Source of the DNA: Callorhinchus milii
Lineage: Eukaryota
Assembly: GCF_018977255.1 (NCBI RefSeq)
Contig: NW_024704743.1
Coordinates: 52,578,001-52,642,000, forward strand
Direction: 5' to 3'
DNA length: 64,000 bases
Made by a program: the position numbers and the translations under genes. Positions within the stretch are counted from its first letter, which is position 1, and each line of letters opens with the position of its first letter. Below, piece by piece: positions 10,849 through 22,105 of this stretch. Below the pieces are notes generated by a model. The model ran no database searches. It had not been told where the DNA came from and saw only the letters and a program-made list of their open reading frames with translations.

Positions 10849-13800
10849 TTAACCCCACTCACCAGCTTTCTCCCCATAACCCTGCAAACCTGGCTTCTCC
10901 AGATACCTATCCAGTTCTCTCTTAAAAGCTGTTATCGAATCGGACTTCACTGCCCTTTCGGGCAGATCATTCCAAATTCTAACAACTCGCTGAGTGAAAA
11001 AATTTCTTCTAACCTCCCCTCTGCTTCTTTTGGTAGATATCTTAAGACTGTGACCATGAGTCACAGACACACCTACCAGCGGAAACAGCTTTTCCCTATC
11101 TAGCCTGTCGAAACCTTTCATGATCTTGAAGACCTCTATCAGGTCCCCGCGTAACCTTCTCTGCTCTAATGGGAAAAGTCCTAACTTCTCCAGCCTGTCC
11201 TCATAGCTAAGCTTCCCCATTCCTGGTATCATTCTCGTGAATCTCCTCTGCACCCTTTCCAGTGCCTTAATATCCTTCCCGAGGTAAGGTGCCCAGAACT
11301 GGATTCAGTACTCCAGCTGAGGCCTAAGCAGTGTTTTGTACAGATTAAGCATAACCTCCCTGCTCTTATACTCTATGCCCCTACTAATGAAGCTCAGTAC
11401 ACCCAATGCCCTTTTTACTGCCCTATTTACCTGCTCTGTCACCTTCAATGAATCGCTTACTTGAACGCCCAGATCTCTCTGTACGTTCACCCCCTTAAGA
11501 TTGAGCTACCAAGCTTATATTGCCTCCTATCATTTTTCCTACCTAAGTGTATCACCTCGCACTTATCTACATTGAAATCCATCTGCCACATGTCAGCCCA
11601 TTCCACCATTCTGTGTATGTCTGCCTGCAGTCCGTCACAATCTTCTTCACTATTTACTACCCTACCTAACTTGGTATCATCTGCAAACTTGGAAATAGTG
11701 CTCCCTATGCCCAAGTCCAGATCATTAATATATATTAGAAAGAGCAGTGGTCCCAATACCGATCCCTGGGGGACACCGCTGCACACCTCCTTCCATTGCG
11801 AGAAACACCCATTAACCACCACCCTCTGCATTCTGTCACTCAGCCAGTTCCTAATCCAAATGGCTACTGTCCCCTTAATACCATGGGCCTCCAGTTTTTT
11901 TATTAACCTCTTATGCGGTACTGTGTCAAAAACCTTTTTAAAATCCATGTAAATAATGTCCACCGCATTTCCCTCATCAACCCTCGCAGTCACCTCTTCA
12001 AAAAATTCTATTAGATTTGCTAGGCAAGATTTGCCTTTAACAAATCCATGTTGGCTGTCTCTAAGTACCTCGTATTCCTCTAAGTAGAGATTTATTTTGT
12101 TCCAGATTACGGTCTCCAATAGCTTTCCTATTACCGAAGTTAGGCTGACTGGCCTGTAATTTCCGGGCTTGTCTTTCTGCCCCTTTTTGTAGAGAGGGGT
12201 AATATTAACTACTCTCCAGTCTCTTGGCACCACTCCTGTGTCCAATGACGATTGAAATATAATGATCAAAGCCTCCGCTATTTGAACCCGTATCTCCCAC
12301 AGCAACCTTGGGTGAAACCCATCTGGTCCTGGTGACTTATCAATTTTGAGCCCAGTCAATCTTTTCAGAACTTCCTCTCTGTCTATAGTAATCTGATCTA
12401 TGTCCTCTACCCTGTCATCCAATACTGTGGCATTTGGGGCATCCATTTCCGTTGTGAAGACAGATGCAAAGTATTCGTTTAGTACCCACCCTCGCTCGCC
12501 TCCACTGGCTCCACATCCCCCAGAGGATCGAATTCAAGATCCTCATCCTCACCTACAAGGCCATTCACGGCCTTGCTCCCTCCTACCTCTCTGACCTACT
12601 ATCCCCCTACCTACCTGCCCGTACCCTCCGTTCCTCTGGCTCCGGTCTGCTCCACATCCCACGCCCCAACCGCCCTACCATCGGTGGCCGGGCCTTCAGC
12701 CTCTCAGCCCCTAGGCTCTGGAACTCCATCCCCCAGTGCCTTCGCCGCCTCCTCCCTTTCCTCCTTCAAGGCCGGTCTCAAGACCTTTCTCTTTGACCGT
12801 GCCTTCAGCTCCCCTCTCGACTCTCTACCCCCTCCTCGCTCTCTCCCTTCCCTCCCCTCACCCTGACCATTTCCCCCCTGCTTGGGTCCTGATCCAACTG
12901 TACAACGCCTTGGGACGTCCTCCCGACGTGAAAGGTGCTCTATAAATGGAATCTTGTTGTTGTTGTTAGTACATCAGCCATGCTCTCTGCCTCCACAACA
13001 AGATTGCCGTCATTGTCTTTGATTGGCCCCACCCTACCTTTAACTAACCTTTTTTCCTTTATGTGCTTATAAAGTGTTTTAGGATTCCCCTTTATGTTAC
13101 CTGCTAACCTCTTCTCCTGCGATCTTTTAGCCTGTCTTATCGCTCTTTTAAGATCACTCCTGCATTCTCTATAATGCGCTTTGCTATCCTCAGTGTCTTG
13201 CATCCGCCAATTTTCGTACGCCATCTTTTTCTTTTTCATCCTAGACAGAATATCCCTGGTCATCCAAGCAGGCTTGGTTCTCGCACATTTCCCTTTTGTG
13301 GGAATATATCTATTTAGACCCTGAGCTATCGTATCTTTGAAGATTTCCCATTGCTCATGAGTCGTTTTACCTGCCATTCTTACTTGCCAGTCCACCAACT
13401 CTAGGTCCCTCTTTAGCCCATCAAAATTAGCTCTTTTCCAGTCAAGCATTTTCACCCTTGACTGTACTTTGTCCTTGTTCATGAGTAATCTAAATCTAAT
13501 AATATTATAGTCACTGTTACCTAGATGCTCCCCTACCGAAACATGTTCAACCTGACCTACTTCATTCCCTAGGACAAGATCCAGCAAGATCCTTGTAGCA
13601 CTAGAGACATACTGCTCAAGAAAATTTTCCTGTACACAGTTAATGAATCTTTCTCCTGCCTTGCCCTTAACGCTGCTATTTTGCCAATCTATATTGGGAT
13701 AATTGAAATCCCCCATTATGACAACTCTGTTCGCCCTACATCTGTCTGTGATCTGGTTGCAGATCTGCTCTTCTATCTCCTTCCCGCTATCTGGTGGTCT

Positions 13801-14223
13801 ATAGTAAACCCCTATCAGTGTAACCACTCCTTTCCTATTTCTGACCTCTAACCAGATCGATTCTGTTGTCGGGCCCTCTAGAGTCTCGTCCCTTTCTACA
13901 GCTACAATTGTATCCTTAACTAATATTGCCACCCCTCCACCCTTTCTTCCTTCTCTATCCTTCCTGAACACATTATACCCTGAAATATTTATCTCCCATT
14001 CCTGTCCTGGCTTGAGCCATGTCTCAGTTACTGCTACCACATCGTAACCCCCTACGGCCAGTTGAACCTGCAGCTCATCAACCTTATTCCCTAAGCTACG
14101 TGCATTTAGGTACATGCATTTGAGGAAATTGTCCACATGTACCTGCTCTATATTTCCCACTTGTCTTTTTCCTCTATTCCCTAATCTATTGTTTATCCTG
14201 GGATACCCATCCCCCCTCACCAC
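10849..14223 (-). pseudogene. CR1 ORF2 (APE + reverse transcriptase), disrupted
   Basis: Removing the 12486-12965 insert and one TSD copy restores AESMADVLNEYFASVFTTEMDAP. Other lesions: a 1-nt loss in a G run near 11490 (ILRG*/NVQRDLG) and a premature stop at 11305-11307 (LEY*IQFWAPY). Confidence 0.88.
12486..12965 (+). mobile_element. Young 5'-truncated L2 insertion inside CR1 ORF2
   Basis: PTLARLHWLHIPQRIEFKIL...RAFSLSAPRLWNS, (ttg)n tail, 7-bp target-site duplication ttagtac at 12479-12485 and 12966-12972. Confidence 0.93.
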
Positions 14224-15280
14224 TAGTTTAAATTAGCCCCCACAGCATTCGATAATCTCTTGGCCAGGAAGCTAACCCCTGCCTTGCTTAAGTGCCGCCC
14301 ATCCGCAAGGTAATGATCCCACCTCCCCCAGTAGTGGTCCCAATTGTCCACAAAACGGAAACCTTCTTTTCTGGACCATTTTTCCAGCCAGTCGTTCATA
14401 CGCCTGATCCTTTCATTATGGTGCCCCGTTGCATGAGGCACCGGGAGTAACCCAGAGATCACCACCTTGGATGTTCTGGCCTTGAGTTTGTTCCCCAACT
14501 TTTGATACTCGCCCTGGAGTATCTCAGCCCTCTTCTTCCCAATATCGTGGGTCCCCACATGGACCACGACTTCTGGACATTCTCCTTCCCCCTGAAGAAT
14601 CTTGTCCATACGCTAGGTAAAGTCCACTACCCTCGCACCAGGAAGGCAGCAAACCATCCTAGCCTCACGATTCTTATGACAGAAGATCCTGTCAGTGCCT
14701 CGCACTGTTGAATCCCCTATCAGTACAGTACAGTGTTGCCCGTGTGATCCATGCCCCTGTCCTGTTGGACAGAATGTTCACTGCTGTCCTCACGGGAGGT
14801 TTCCACGCTCTCAATTGCTATTGCTGAGTACTGATTTGAGACCGGTACTCTGTTGGGGGTGCTCTGCCTTGCACAAGCCCTCTTCACCCAATCACTTTTA
14901 GCATGTGGCTGTGTGTTGGGCTCCTCTGGGAGTGGTCCTGTTCCTGAACTCTGACCTCCCGATGGCTCCAGTACCCCTCTCTCATGGTTCCTATACAGTG
15001 ATGGGCTGCTATCACTGAGTCCTAGGGGATTGAGGGTCTCCTCCACCATACTGTCCAGGAACCTCTCACTGTCCCTGATGGAGCGCAGTGTTTGCACCTG
15101 GGCTTCCAGCTCAGCTACTCTCAGCTGAAGCTCCCTGATTTCCAGACACTTGCAGCAGATGAAGTCGCCCGGGATTAAGGCGCCCTCCATCGACTCCCAC
15201 ATGTGACTGACCTCGCAGTTTACCTGCACACCATCTTCACAATCTTTATATAGATACAAAGATATATAGCCGGCCCCCAC
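14223..15280 (-). pseudogene. CR1 ORF1 (zinc-finger-like, coiled coil, SGNH/GDSL esterase), disrupted
   Basis: CEVSHMWE...CCKC, LQLRVAELEAQVQTLR, IGDSTVRG (frameshifted by a ctgta duplication near 14725), VVVHVGTHDI, DGRHL; in-frame TAG near 14613. Confidence 0.82.
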
Positions 15281-15679
15281 TTCCCCCTCTGCACCTAATT
15301 CCCACTCTCACCAAATTCCCTCAAACTCTGGCCTCGCCTCACTCAGGACGTAGCTCACTCTGGGCTCTCGGCTCGAGTGAGGCTCTCATCTTTTAACTCA
15401 AGATGGAGTCTACTGAGCTGAAACAAGGAGGTTTTGAAAACAAATCATTATTTGGGGTATTCTGCTCCAAATAATTGTTTAAGTAATGAACACCAAACAA
15501 TCATAAATATTACTCTTGTGATAATTAGCAAACTATTATGAAAAACAATTAGTTTACATGAATGCAAATTATGTAAATAATTAATATAAAATGAAAATCT
15601 GTCTAACTTGCAGGCAAACATGTGTGTTGTCTGTCTCTATCTCTCTAACTCTCAGGCATATCCTTTGTCTCTCTATCTC

Positions 15680-15935
15680 ATGTGGTGTCCCATAACGTAG
15701 TGATCAGTGCACTCACCTGCCAAGCGAAAAGATCCGGGTTTGATTCCCAGGCAGGGCGAAATCTGAGGACAATTTCCTAACTCCACAGGCTTCTGTTTAC
15801 CAAGCAGTTAGTAGGAATCCAGTTGTTATTTTATTGGCAAATCACTTTTGAGGGGTAATAATCCCTCAAAATATCATTCAATCCACAACAGTTTGTGGGA
15901 CACTGCTGTGGGCAATTGGCTAATAAGAATTATTA
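15680..15935 (+). mobile_element. tRNA-derived SINE, long subfamily, 3'-incomplete
   Basis: Diverged head, then gggtttgattcccaggcagggcgaaa and ctgtttaccaagcagttagtaggaatcc. Confidence 0.75.
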
Positions 15936-16179
15936 TTATAGTTAAATAAAACACTCACTATTTTGATTGTTATAACACTGTAGTCCAAAACTTGTTTCTC
16001 AAGTTAACTTTATGTATAATTTCAAACGATAAAATGTAAACAATATTCTACAACTTTTTCTTCCTATTAAGGACAATAAAGATCAATGATGAACAAAGCT
16101 CCTAAAAAAAGTGTATTGGAGTGCTTAAAACACACCAGAATGACAGAAACTCTCTAAACTTTCAAAAGAATAATCCAAG

Positions 16180-16200
16180 AACTTTTTTATTCTCTTAAGG
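16180..16200 (+). promoter_or_regulatory. Probable splice acceptor of the SAMD9L-like coding exon
   Basis: Polypyrimidine tract acttttttattctcttaag|g ends 17 nt before the ATG at 16217. Mammalian SAMD9/9L CDSs also lie in one terminal exon. Confidence 0.65.
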
Positions 16201-16216
16201 ATAATCAAGATCAACG

Positions 16217-19200
16217 ATGAGTAAAGCATGTGATTTCCCAGACAACATGAATGAATGGACCAAAGACCATGTCAGACATTGGGTAGTTGATCAACTGAAG
16301 CTTGATCAGAAATGTGGAGAAATACTGTACAATGAAGATGTCTCTGGAGTGGTGTTGGTGGAACTTACTAAAACAGACTTAAAAGAAATGGGCTTAAAAG
16401 CAGGACCTGCTTCTCTGATAGTGCGTAAATGTAATGAATTCAGCAAAAGTCAAAAGCAGGTCACAAAACAAGAAGGTGTCGCTGATATTCACCGAACAAG
16501 CTCAAAAACAAACAAATTAGAAAGTCAACCTTCTTTCCCAGCAAGTGGTTCAGATGATGGGGTAAATGACAGCAACAAAACAGAGGATCAATATAAGAAA
16601 ACAGAACACGCAGAATCCACTGAAAAATCTTCCTTGAAATCCAGCAAAAAAAAGAGTAAAATAAAGAATATTGAGAACCAAACGGAGTCAGGAGTCTCTC
16701 TGATTAAACATGAGGAAGCCACAGAAATACACAGTGATGTGGGTAATCCTACAACATCAGAAGAAACAGAAACAAAAGGACAGCAGAAACCACAGGATAC
16801 ATTCAGTACAGTTACAAACATACAACCCAAGACAGCAACACCACAAAGGAAAGGACAGCAATTCAAAATCACTGCTGAAAAACAGATACCTAAACAGATG
16901 TGTGAGCCACATCCATTTGATGAATCTCACACAGGTAGAAGATATGTACAGAACATTATTCTCCCTCCGGAAACTGGACCCTCTAATCTAATGGACCCAA
17001 TACATGAGTATAAGCTTCTGACACGGACAGAGAATGCAACAGAGGAAGACATTAAAAAGAAGTTTGGTAATGAAGTTTTTAGATTTGCAGCTGCTTGTAT
17101 GAATACTCGAACAAATGGCACCATCCATTTTGGAGTAGGAGACACCAAATGTGAGTATGAACATGGTGAGATTATAGGAGTGTGTGTAGACAGTAAAGAT
17201 AAATACGTTGATTATCTTCAAAATAATTTTGTGCATTACTTTGGCCGAGATGACATCACGGATGCAAAATACATCATTAGACCACCTCGCTTTGTGGAGA
17301 TTCGAAATGCTGATCAGACTTTGTCAGGAAAGTATGTGATAGAGGTTGATGTTGTCCCAAGCTACAATACTTGTGCTTTGAAGTTATATCACATTCACAT
17401 GATGAATCTGATAGACAAAAAATGGATGAAGAGCAAAGAGAAACATCTGTTTATACGAGATGGAAGCAGCTCCAGAGACATTCTGGGGAATAAAAATCTC
17501 ACAGAAAGAGAAGCTGAATATAGAAGGTTCTTGACTGAGACGCTACCAACCTTGGCGGAGAAACGGAAAGTTGAAGAAGAAAAAACGGACAAAAAAAGAA
17601 CAACCAAAAAACAAGATGGACACAAGCTGAGCCGTATGATTACAGGGGGCGCTGACATGATTGACACATCATATTACCAGCGGTACATTTTAGTGACAAA
17701 TAAATGCCAGGAGAATCAAATGCAGAATTTTGATTTTCTGAAGGAGATAGATTGGTTTGCTGTGCTGGAATTTGATCCAGAATCTGTAACCAATGGCGTG
17801 TGCAAGTCTTATCGTGCAGAAAGAGCAGCAAATCTTCACTTTCCCACTCACTTCCAAGACATGGATGTAGCAATTACTGAAAAGATTGAACGGCTGAATC
17901 TATACAAACAAACAAGCTGGATATTTTGCAATGGACGGTCAGACCTTCAGGATGAAACCTATCAGCCATTACCTCCCAAACTTTGGTACAAGGAAAGGGC
18001 TGCTGACATCAGAAAGCTGGTCTCCTTTCTGTGCAGACAAGATATCATGCCAAAAGGGAAATATTTGGTTGTGTTTCTGCTACTTTCTAAAGTGGACGAT
18101 CCAAGAGATCCCATTCTGGAAACTTTCTGTTCATTTTATCAGGAACTCAAAGGCACAGAAGATATAATGTGTATCTGTGAAAGTGAACAAACATTCCAGC
18201 AATGGAAGGACTTGTTGCAATCCACGTGTGATTCACGAGAACTTAGCGACAGGTGTGTTTCCTCTTTAACTCTGGATGAAATCAATGCCACAATCTTGAA
18301 ATTGAAATCAGTGACTCGATCTACCAGACGCTTCTTACCCTCAGCAACATCAGCATCAGTTATTCTACAGAAAAAAGAGGAGGAATACATGACTGCTCTT
18401 GAAATCCTGTGTGAAAATGAATGTGAGGGAACTGAAATTGAAAATGACCAAAATAATTTCAAAGAATTTCAAAAATCCAAAGAGGAACAGTTTTATAGAG
18501 GTGACAAAGCATCATGGTGGAACTTTTACTTTTCCACAAACGGCTATTCTGGTGCTTTTATCAAACGCGATAGTTATACTAAACTCAATGAACTTATTAA
18601 CTCAGAATCACCTTCTGCAACGTGTGTGAAGATCATCAATCTGTTTCATCACCCAGGCTGCGGTGGGACAACTTTAGCTATGCATGTTTTATGGGAATTG
18701 AGGAAAAAGGTGAGGTGTGCTGTCCTGAGGAACAGCAATGGTGATTTTGCAGAAATTGGAAGACAAGTTATTAACTTGGTCACTTACGGGGGAACCCCTC
18801 AGTCTGATTACCTCCCTGTGTTACTCTTAGTAGATGACTTTGAAGAGTTGGAAAATGTGCATATGTTACAAAATTCCATTCAATCCACCGTTGCTGAAAA
18901 AGGCCTCAGATTTGAGCGTCCACTGGTAATTGTTCTGAACTGTATGAGATCCCAGGATCCAGACAGAAGCTCAAAAATGAGTGTTTTATACAGTGTCACT
19001 TTGAAGCATAAACTCTCTATGAAAGAGCAACAGTTGTTTTCCTCTAAACTGATAGAAATTGAGGAATACCACACAAGACCAGAAGACTTCTATTCCTTCA
19101 TGATCATGAAAACAAATTTTGATAAAAGCTACATTGCAAATTTGGTTCATAACATTTTGAAAGACCTGAGGAATTCCACTAAACAAGCTGACCTCATTTC

Positions 19201-21247
19201 ATTTTTGGCATTGCTGAATTCCTACGTTAAAGATTCATCAATGTCGTTATCAAAATGCGAGGAGTTCTTAGGGGTAGGTCATGTGAAGACATCATTCTGG
19301 GGCCCAGAAAAGTTTGAAGATTTGATGGGCACTTACTGTACTCTTCTCATTCGTATTGAGGTTGAAGCATATGGCAGATACCAGGGTATTCGTATCATCC
19401 ATCCACTGATTGCCATGCGTTGCTTGGAAGAGCTGAAGTTGTCATGCAGTCTGCACAAGAGTGAAATTGCCAAACGTTTCCTCTCTCAAAACATGTTGTT
19501 TCAGAGTAGCATTGGCAGAGACAAACTCCTGCAAGACACATGGAGCATGTTGATCACAAGACAACGGAAAGAACATGGAGATGAAACAGATACTTTATTC
19601 TCTCCATTAATTGAAGCAATTCAAAAGAAAGAGGGAAATCCTCAGGTACAGAGTGTTTTGACTGAAGCATCAAATAGGTTTGACCAGAATCCATATATTT
19701 CTCAGGCCTTAGCCAGACACCTTTACCTGAAGGAAAAGAACTTTGATTTAGCGCTTGAATGGGCACATAAAGCGAAAGACAAGGCAAGAGACAATTCCTA
19801 CATTACTGACACTTTGGGCCAAATTTTTAAAAGCAAATTAAAACACAGGATGGAAAGTGAGGAAATTCTGAAACAAACTGTTCTGACAACCTGCCAGTTG
19901 GATGAGTTTCTAAAGCTTGCTCAGTCTGCTTCAAAAGCCTTCAAAGAATCTCAGGAACTGACTGAGAAGAAAGGTGAAGGCAGAATACAATGGGCAGAGC
20001 AGAGGACTAAACGGAAGCATGATGTGTACAACACATCCGGATATCTTGGAGAGATTGAAATGGCTCTTTGTGTTGTAGATATTCTCAGAAAGATACCATT
20101 CTTTAATGGAAAGGATGAACTAAGTAAACAACAAATGGCACACTTGCTATCAGGAAACATGAATCTCAGTCACATTGAAAAAACAAACAGCATTGATGAA
20201 GACTTGTGTTCAGTGCTTGAAGACTACAACCGGTACCTGATTAATATTCAAACCAGCTTGAAAACTGCTTTTGATTTTTTTGAAGACTACTTTGTCTATT
20301 TCAAAACAAAAAACATTGAGAAAGAAATAGCAGATTTTAAGATTCGCAAGAAAGTCTCAGAATGTTTTGGCAAGTACACAGGCATATTCTATCCATTGCA
20401 AAGTACTTGCATGGCTGCAAGGATGAACAAGCCAAAACTCAGCATGCAGCTTGAGCTGGAGGATTGCAAAAAGTTTTTAGAAGCACATAAAGCTGACCGA
20501 TTTGCTGGCTTACTTGAGTTTCTTACCAACAATCACGGAGCTGGACGAACATTGGAAGAAGTTGTTAGCAAATATCAATTTGTCCTCCAAAATGCAAGAA
20601 ACAAAAAATTAACAAGAGAAAAGCAAAATTTCATCTTGGCCAACATTGTATTGAATTGTATCACACACGGGTCCAAGAAAATCGAAAGTTACGAGAAACT
20701 TTTGCACCTTTTGAAAGAAGTGCTGCAAGATGTGGGTTCTGATCACTGTCACGCTGAACCATATTTTTTGGCTTCCTTGTTGTTCTGGCCGAATAAAGAT
20801 TTCAAACTAAATGAAGATTCCAAATTACTCCTGAAGTACGTGACCTCAATGAGACGGTCATTTAGAGGACGCTATGGACGCATGAGTCATTCAAAACATG
20901 CCGTTGCACATTTCTATCTCAGTAACAGAGCAGGCTTGAATAAGTTAGTTCACAAAGGAAAAATTGACCAATTGTTCAGTGAAAATACACACCGAAATTC
21001 GTTATGGCAATCTGGAGAAATCTGGAAAAAAGATAAAATCAAAGAGCTTCTCCTTCGTGTGTACGGCAGGACAGGAGAAGATGACATGGTGTATGTAGAG
21101 TATGGTGATGATGAAAGAATCAAAGTACCTGTACGTCCTGTATACCTGGGTAAACTGAGAAGCGGCAGAAGCATTGAAAAAATATCCTTTTATCTGGGAT
21201 TCTCAATGGATGGACCAATAGCATACGACGTAGAGAACATAAATTAA
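16217..21247 (+). CDS. SAMD9L: Sterile alpha motif domain-containing protein 9-like (SAMD9/SAMD9L family), 1676 aa, intronless CDS
   Basis: N-terminal SAM (WTKDHVRHWV...VSGVVLVELTKTDLKEMGL); AlbA_2 (PETGPSNLMDPIHEYK, NEVFRFAAACMNTRTNGTIHFGVGD); SIR2-like (WFAVLEFDPES, WIFCNGRSD); P-loop HHPGCGGTTLA at ~18647 and Walker B LLLVDDFE; TPR (QALARHLYL...DNSYITDTLGQI); C-terminal FYLGFSMDGPIAYD. No SAMD9 versus SAMD9L orthology is implied. Confidence 0.97.
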   Translation: MSKACDFPDNMNEWTKDHVRHWVVDQLKLDQKCGEILYNEDVSGVVLVELTKTDLKEMGLKAGPASLIVRKCNEFSKSQKQVTKQEGVADIHRTSSKTNKLESQPSFPASGSDDGVNDSNKTEDQYKKTEHAESTEKSSLKSSKKKSKIKNIENQTESGVSLIKHEEATEIHSDVGNPTTSEETETKGQQKPQDTFSTVTNIQPKTATPQRKGQQFKITAEKQIPKQMCEPHPFDESHTGRRYVQNIILPPETGPSNLMDPIHEYKLLTRTENATEEDIKKKFGNEVFRFAAACMNTRTNGTIHFGVGDTKCEYEHGEIIGVCVDSKDKYVDYLQNNFVHYFGRDDITDAKYIIRPPRFVEIRNADQTLSGKYVIEVDVVPSYNTCALKLYHIHMMNLIDKKWMKSKEKHLFIRDGSSSRDILGNKNLTEREAEYRRFLTETLPTLAEKRKVEEEKTDKKRTTKKQDGHKLSRMITGGADMIDTSYYQRYILVTNKCQENQMQNFDFLKEIDWFAVLEFDPESVTNGVCKSYRAERAANLHFPTHFQDMDVAITEKIERLNLYKQTSWIFCNGRSDLQDETYQPLPPKLWYKERAADIRKLVSFLCRQDIMPKGKYLVVFLLLSKVDDPRDPILETFCSFYQELKGTEDIMCICESEQTFQQWKDLLQSTCDSRELSDRCVSSLTLDEINATILKLKSVTRSTRRFLPSATSASVILQKKEEEYMTALEILCENECEGTEIENDQNNFKEFQKSKEEQFYRGDKASWWNFYFSTNGYSGAFIKRDSYTKLNELINSESPSATCVKIINLFHHPGCGGTTLAMHVLWELRKKVRCAVLRNSNGDFAEIGRQVINLVTYGGTPQSDYLPVLLLVDDFEELENVHMLQNSIQSTVAEKGLRFERPLVIVLNCMRSQDPDRSSKMSVLYSVTLKHKLSMKEQQLFSSKLIEIEEYHTRPEDFYSFMIMKTNFDKSYIANLVHNILKDLRNSTKQADLISFLALLNSYVKDSSMSLSKCEEFLGVGHVKTSFWGPEKFEDLMGTYCTLLIRIEVEAYGRYQGIRIIHPLIAMRCLEELKLSCSLHKSEIAKRFLSQNMLFQSSIGRDKLLQDTWSMLITRQRKEHGDETDTLFSPLIEAIQKKEGNPQVQSVLTEASNRFDQNPYISQALARHLYLKEKNFDLALEWAHKAKDKARDNSYITDTLGQIFKSKLKHRMESEEILKQTVLTTCQLDEFLKLAQSASKAFKESQELTEKKGEGRIQWAEQRTKRKHDVYNTSGYLGEIEMALCVVDILRKIPFFNGKDELSKQQMAHLLSGNMNLSHIEKTNSIDEDLCSVLEDYNRYLINIQTSLKTAFDFFEDYFVYFKTKNIEKEIADFKIRKKVSECFGKYTGIFYPLQSTCMAARMNKPKLSMQLELEDCKKFLEAHKADRFAGLLEFLTNNHGAGRTLEEVVSKYQFVLQNARNKKLTREKQNFILANIVLNCITHGSKKIESYEKLLHLLKEVLQDVGSDHCHAEPYFLASLLFWPNKDFKLNEDSKLLLKYVTSMRRSFRGRYGRMSHSKHAVAHFYLSNRAGLNKLVHKGKIDQLFSENTHRNSLWQSGEIWKKDKIKELLLRVYGRTGEDDMVYVEYGDDERIKVPVRPVYLGKLRSGRSIEKISFYLGFSMDGPIAYDVENIN

Positions 21248-21899
21248 CAACAAAAGTAATGGACTAGAATACAACCATGCCCTCGTGTTCCAGTTTATGT
21301 TTCTAGCCAGCACTGTCAAAAGCCTTGGGACATTCTCCGGACAAATTGTATACATTTTTCTGTTTGTGAAATAATACTGTACCAAATGTCGGTCAGTTAC
21401 ATTTATTGACATCTTCTATAATGCTGTTATAAATTAGCATTTCAATCAATCATTTTTGTTTAGAAAAGCTGACACATAAATAATAGAAGTTTTAATTATC
21501 TGATTTATAGCAATGAATTGGTGCTTAAAAAAGGGCTTTTTTGTTTTCTCATACCTCTCTGCAATTGATTAGTAATTTTGGGGTAGTGGGAAAGGATAGA
21601 GTATGGAGAGGGAGCTCGCTAGTTCATTCACTGTACGCGCTAGGTTTTGCTGGTCTCAGCTGGAGCTGCATTGGGAGGATACATTGACCACTACCTTCCC
21701 AGTGCTAAGGGAAAACCAGCTGGATTCCTCTCCAGTGTTCTCTGAATACATTTTTGGCAGCTGGGTGAGGAAAGACAATGTGGCGTTTCATTATTATTGC
21801 AGTGACCAAGGAGTAGTAATGTAATAAAATCGAAACACAAGATATCAACTCGGTATGTGGAGGGCCCTACAGAGAATGCTCAAAATCCCAAAATAGATT

Positions 21900-22105
21900 A
21901 ATCCTACTCACTTGCCTTCTTCATGGCCTGTCTCAAAATCTTCCTCTTCGACTGTGCCTTCGGTCACTCTCCTATCCCCACCCTCCCTGCCCTCCACACA
22001 CCCGATCCCAACTCCCAGCTCGGGTGCATATTCTTAACTGTCCAGCATTTAGGATGTCCTCCCCATATGAAAGGCGCTATACAAATGTAATTTTTTGTTG
22101 TTGAA
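21900..22105 (+). mobile_element. L2 3'-end fragment
   Basis: gtctcaaaatcttcctcttcgactgtgccttc...gatgtcctccccatatgaaaggcgctatacaaatg...(ttg)n. Confidence 0.75.

Larger units (their letters stand above)
10753..15390 (-). mobile_element. Near full-length CR1 LINE (inactivated)
   Basis: 3' (ATTCTATG)3 tail at 10753-10776. ORF2 has APE (YLNARSL, VTETWL, MGDFN) and RT (SGVPQGSVLGP, FADDTKL). ORF1 has a Cys cluster, coiled coil and SGNH esterase motifs. The 5' boundary is approximate. Confidence 0.93.

Noticed and set aside
18647..18673. Walker A motif lacking the canonical lysine (PGCGGTT)
   Set aside because: This is the normal SAMD9-family form, not a lesion specific to this copy.
16588..21174. 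Many short ORFs antisense to or overlapping the SAMD9L-like CDS
   Set aside because: Shadow ORFs of the long CDS with no recognisable motifs.
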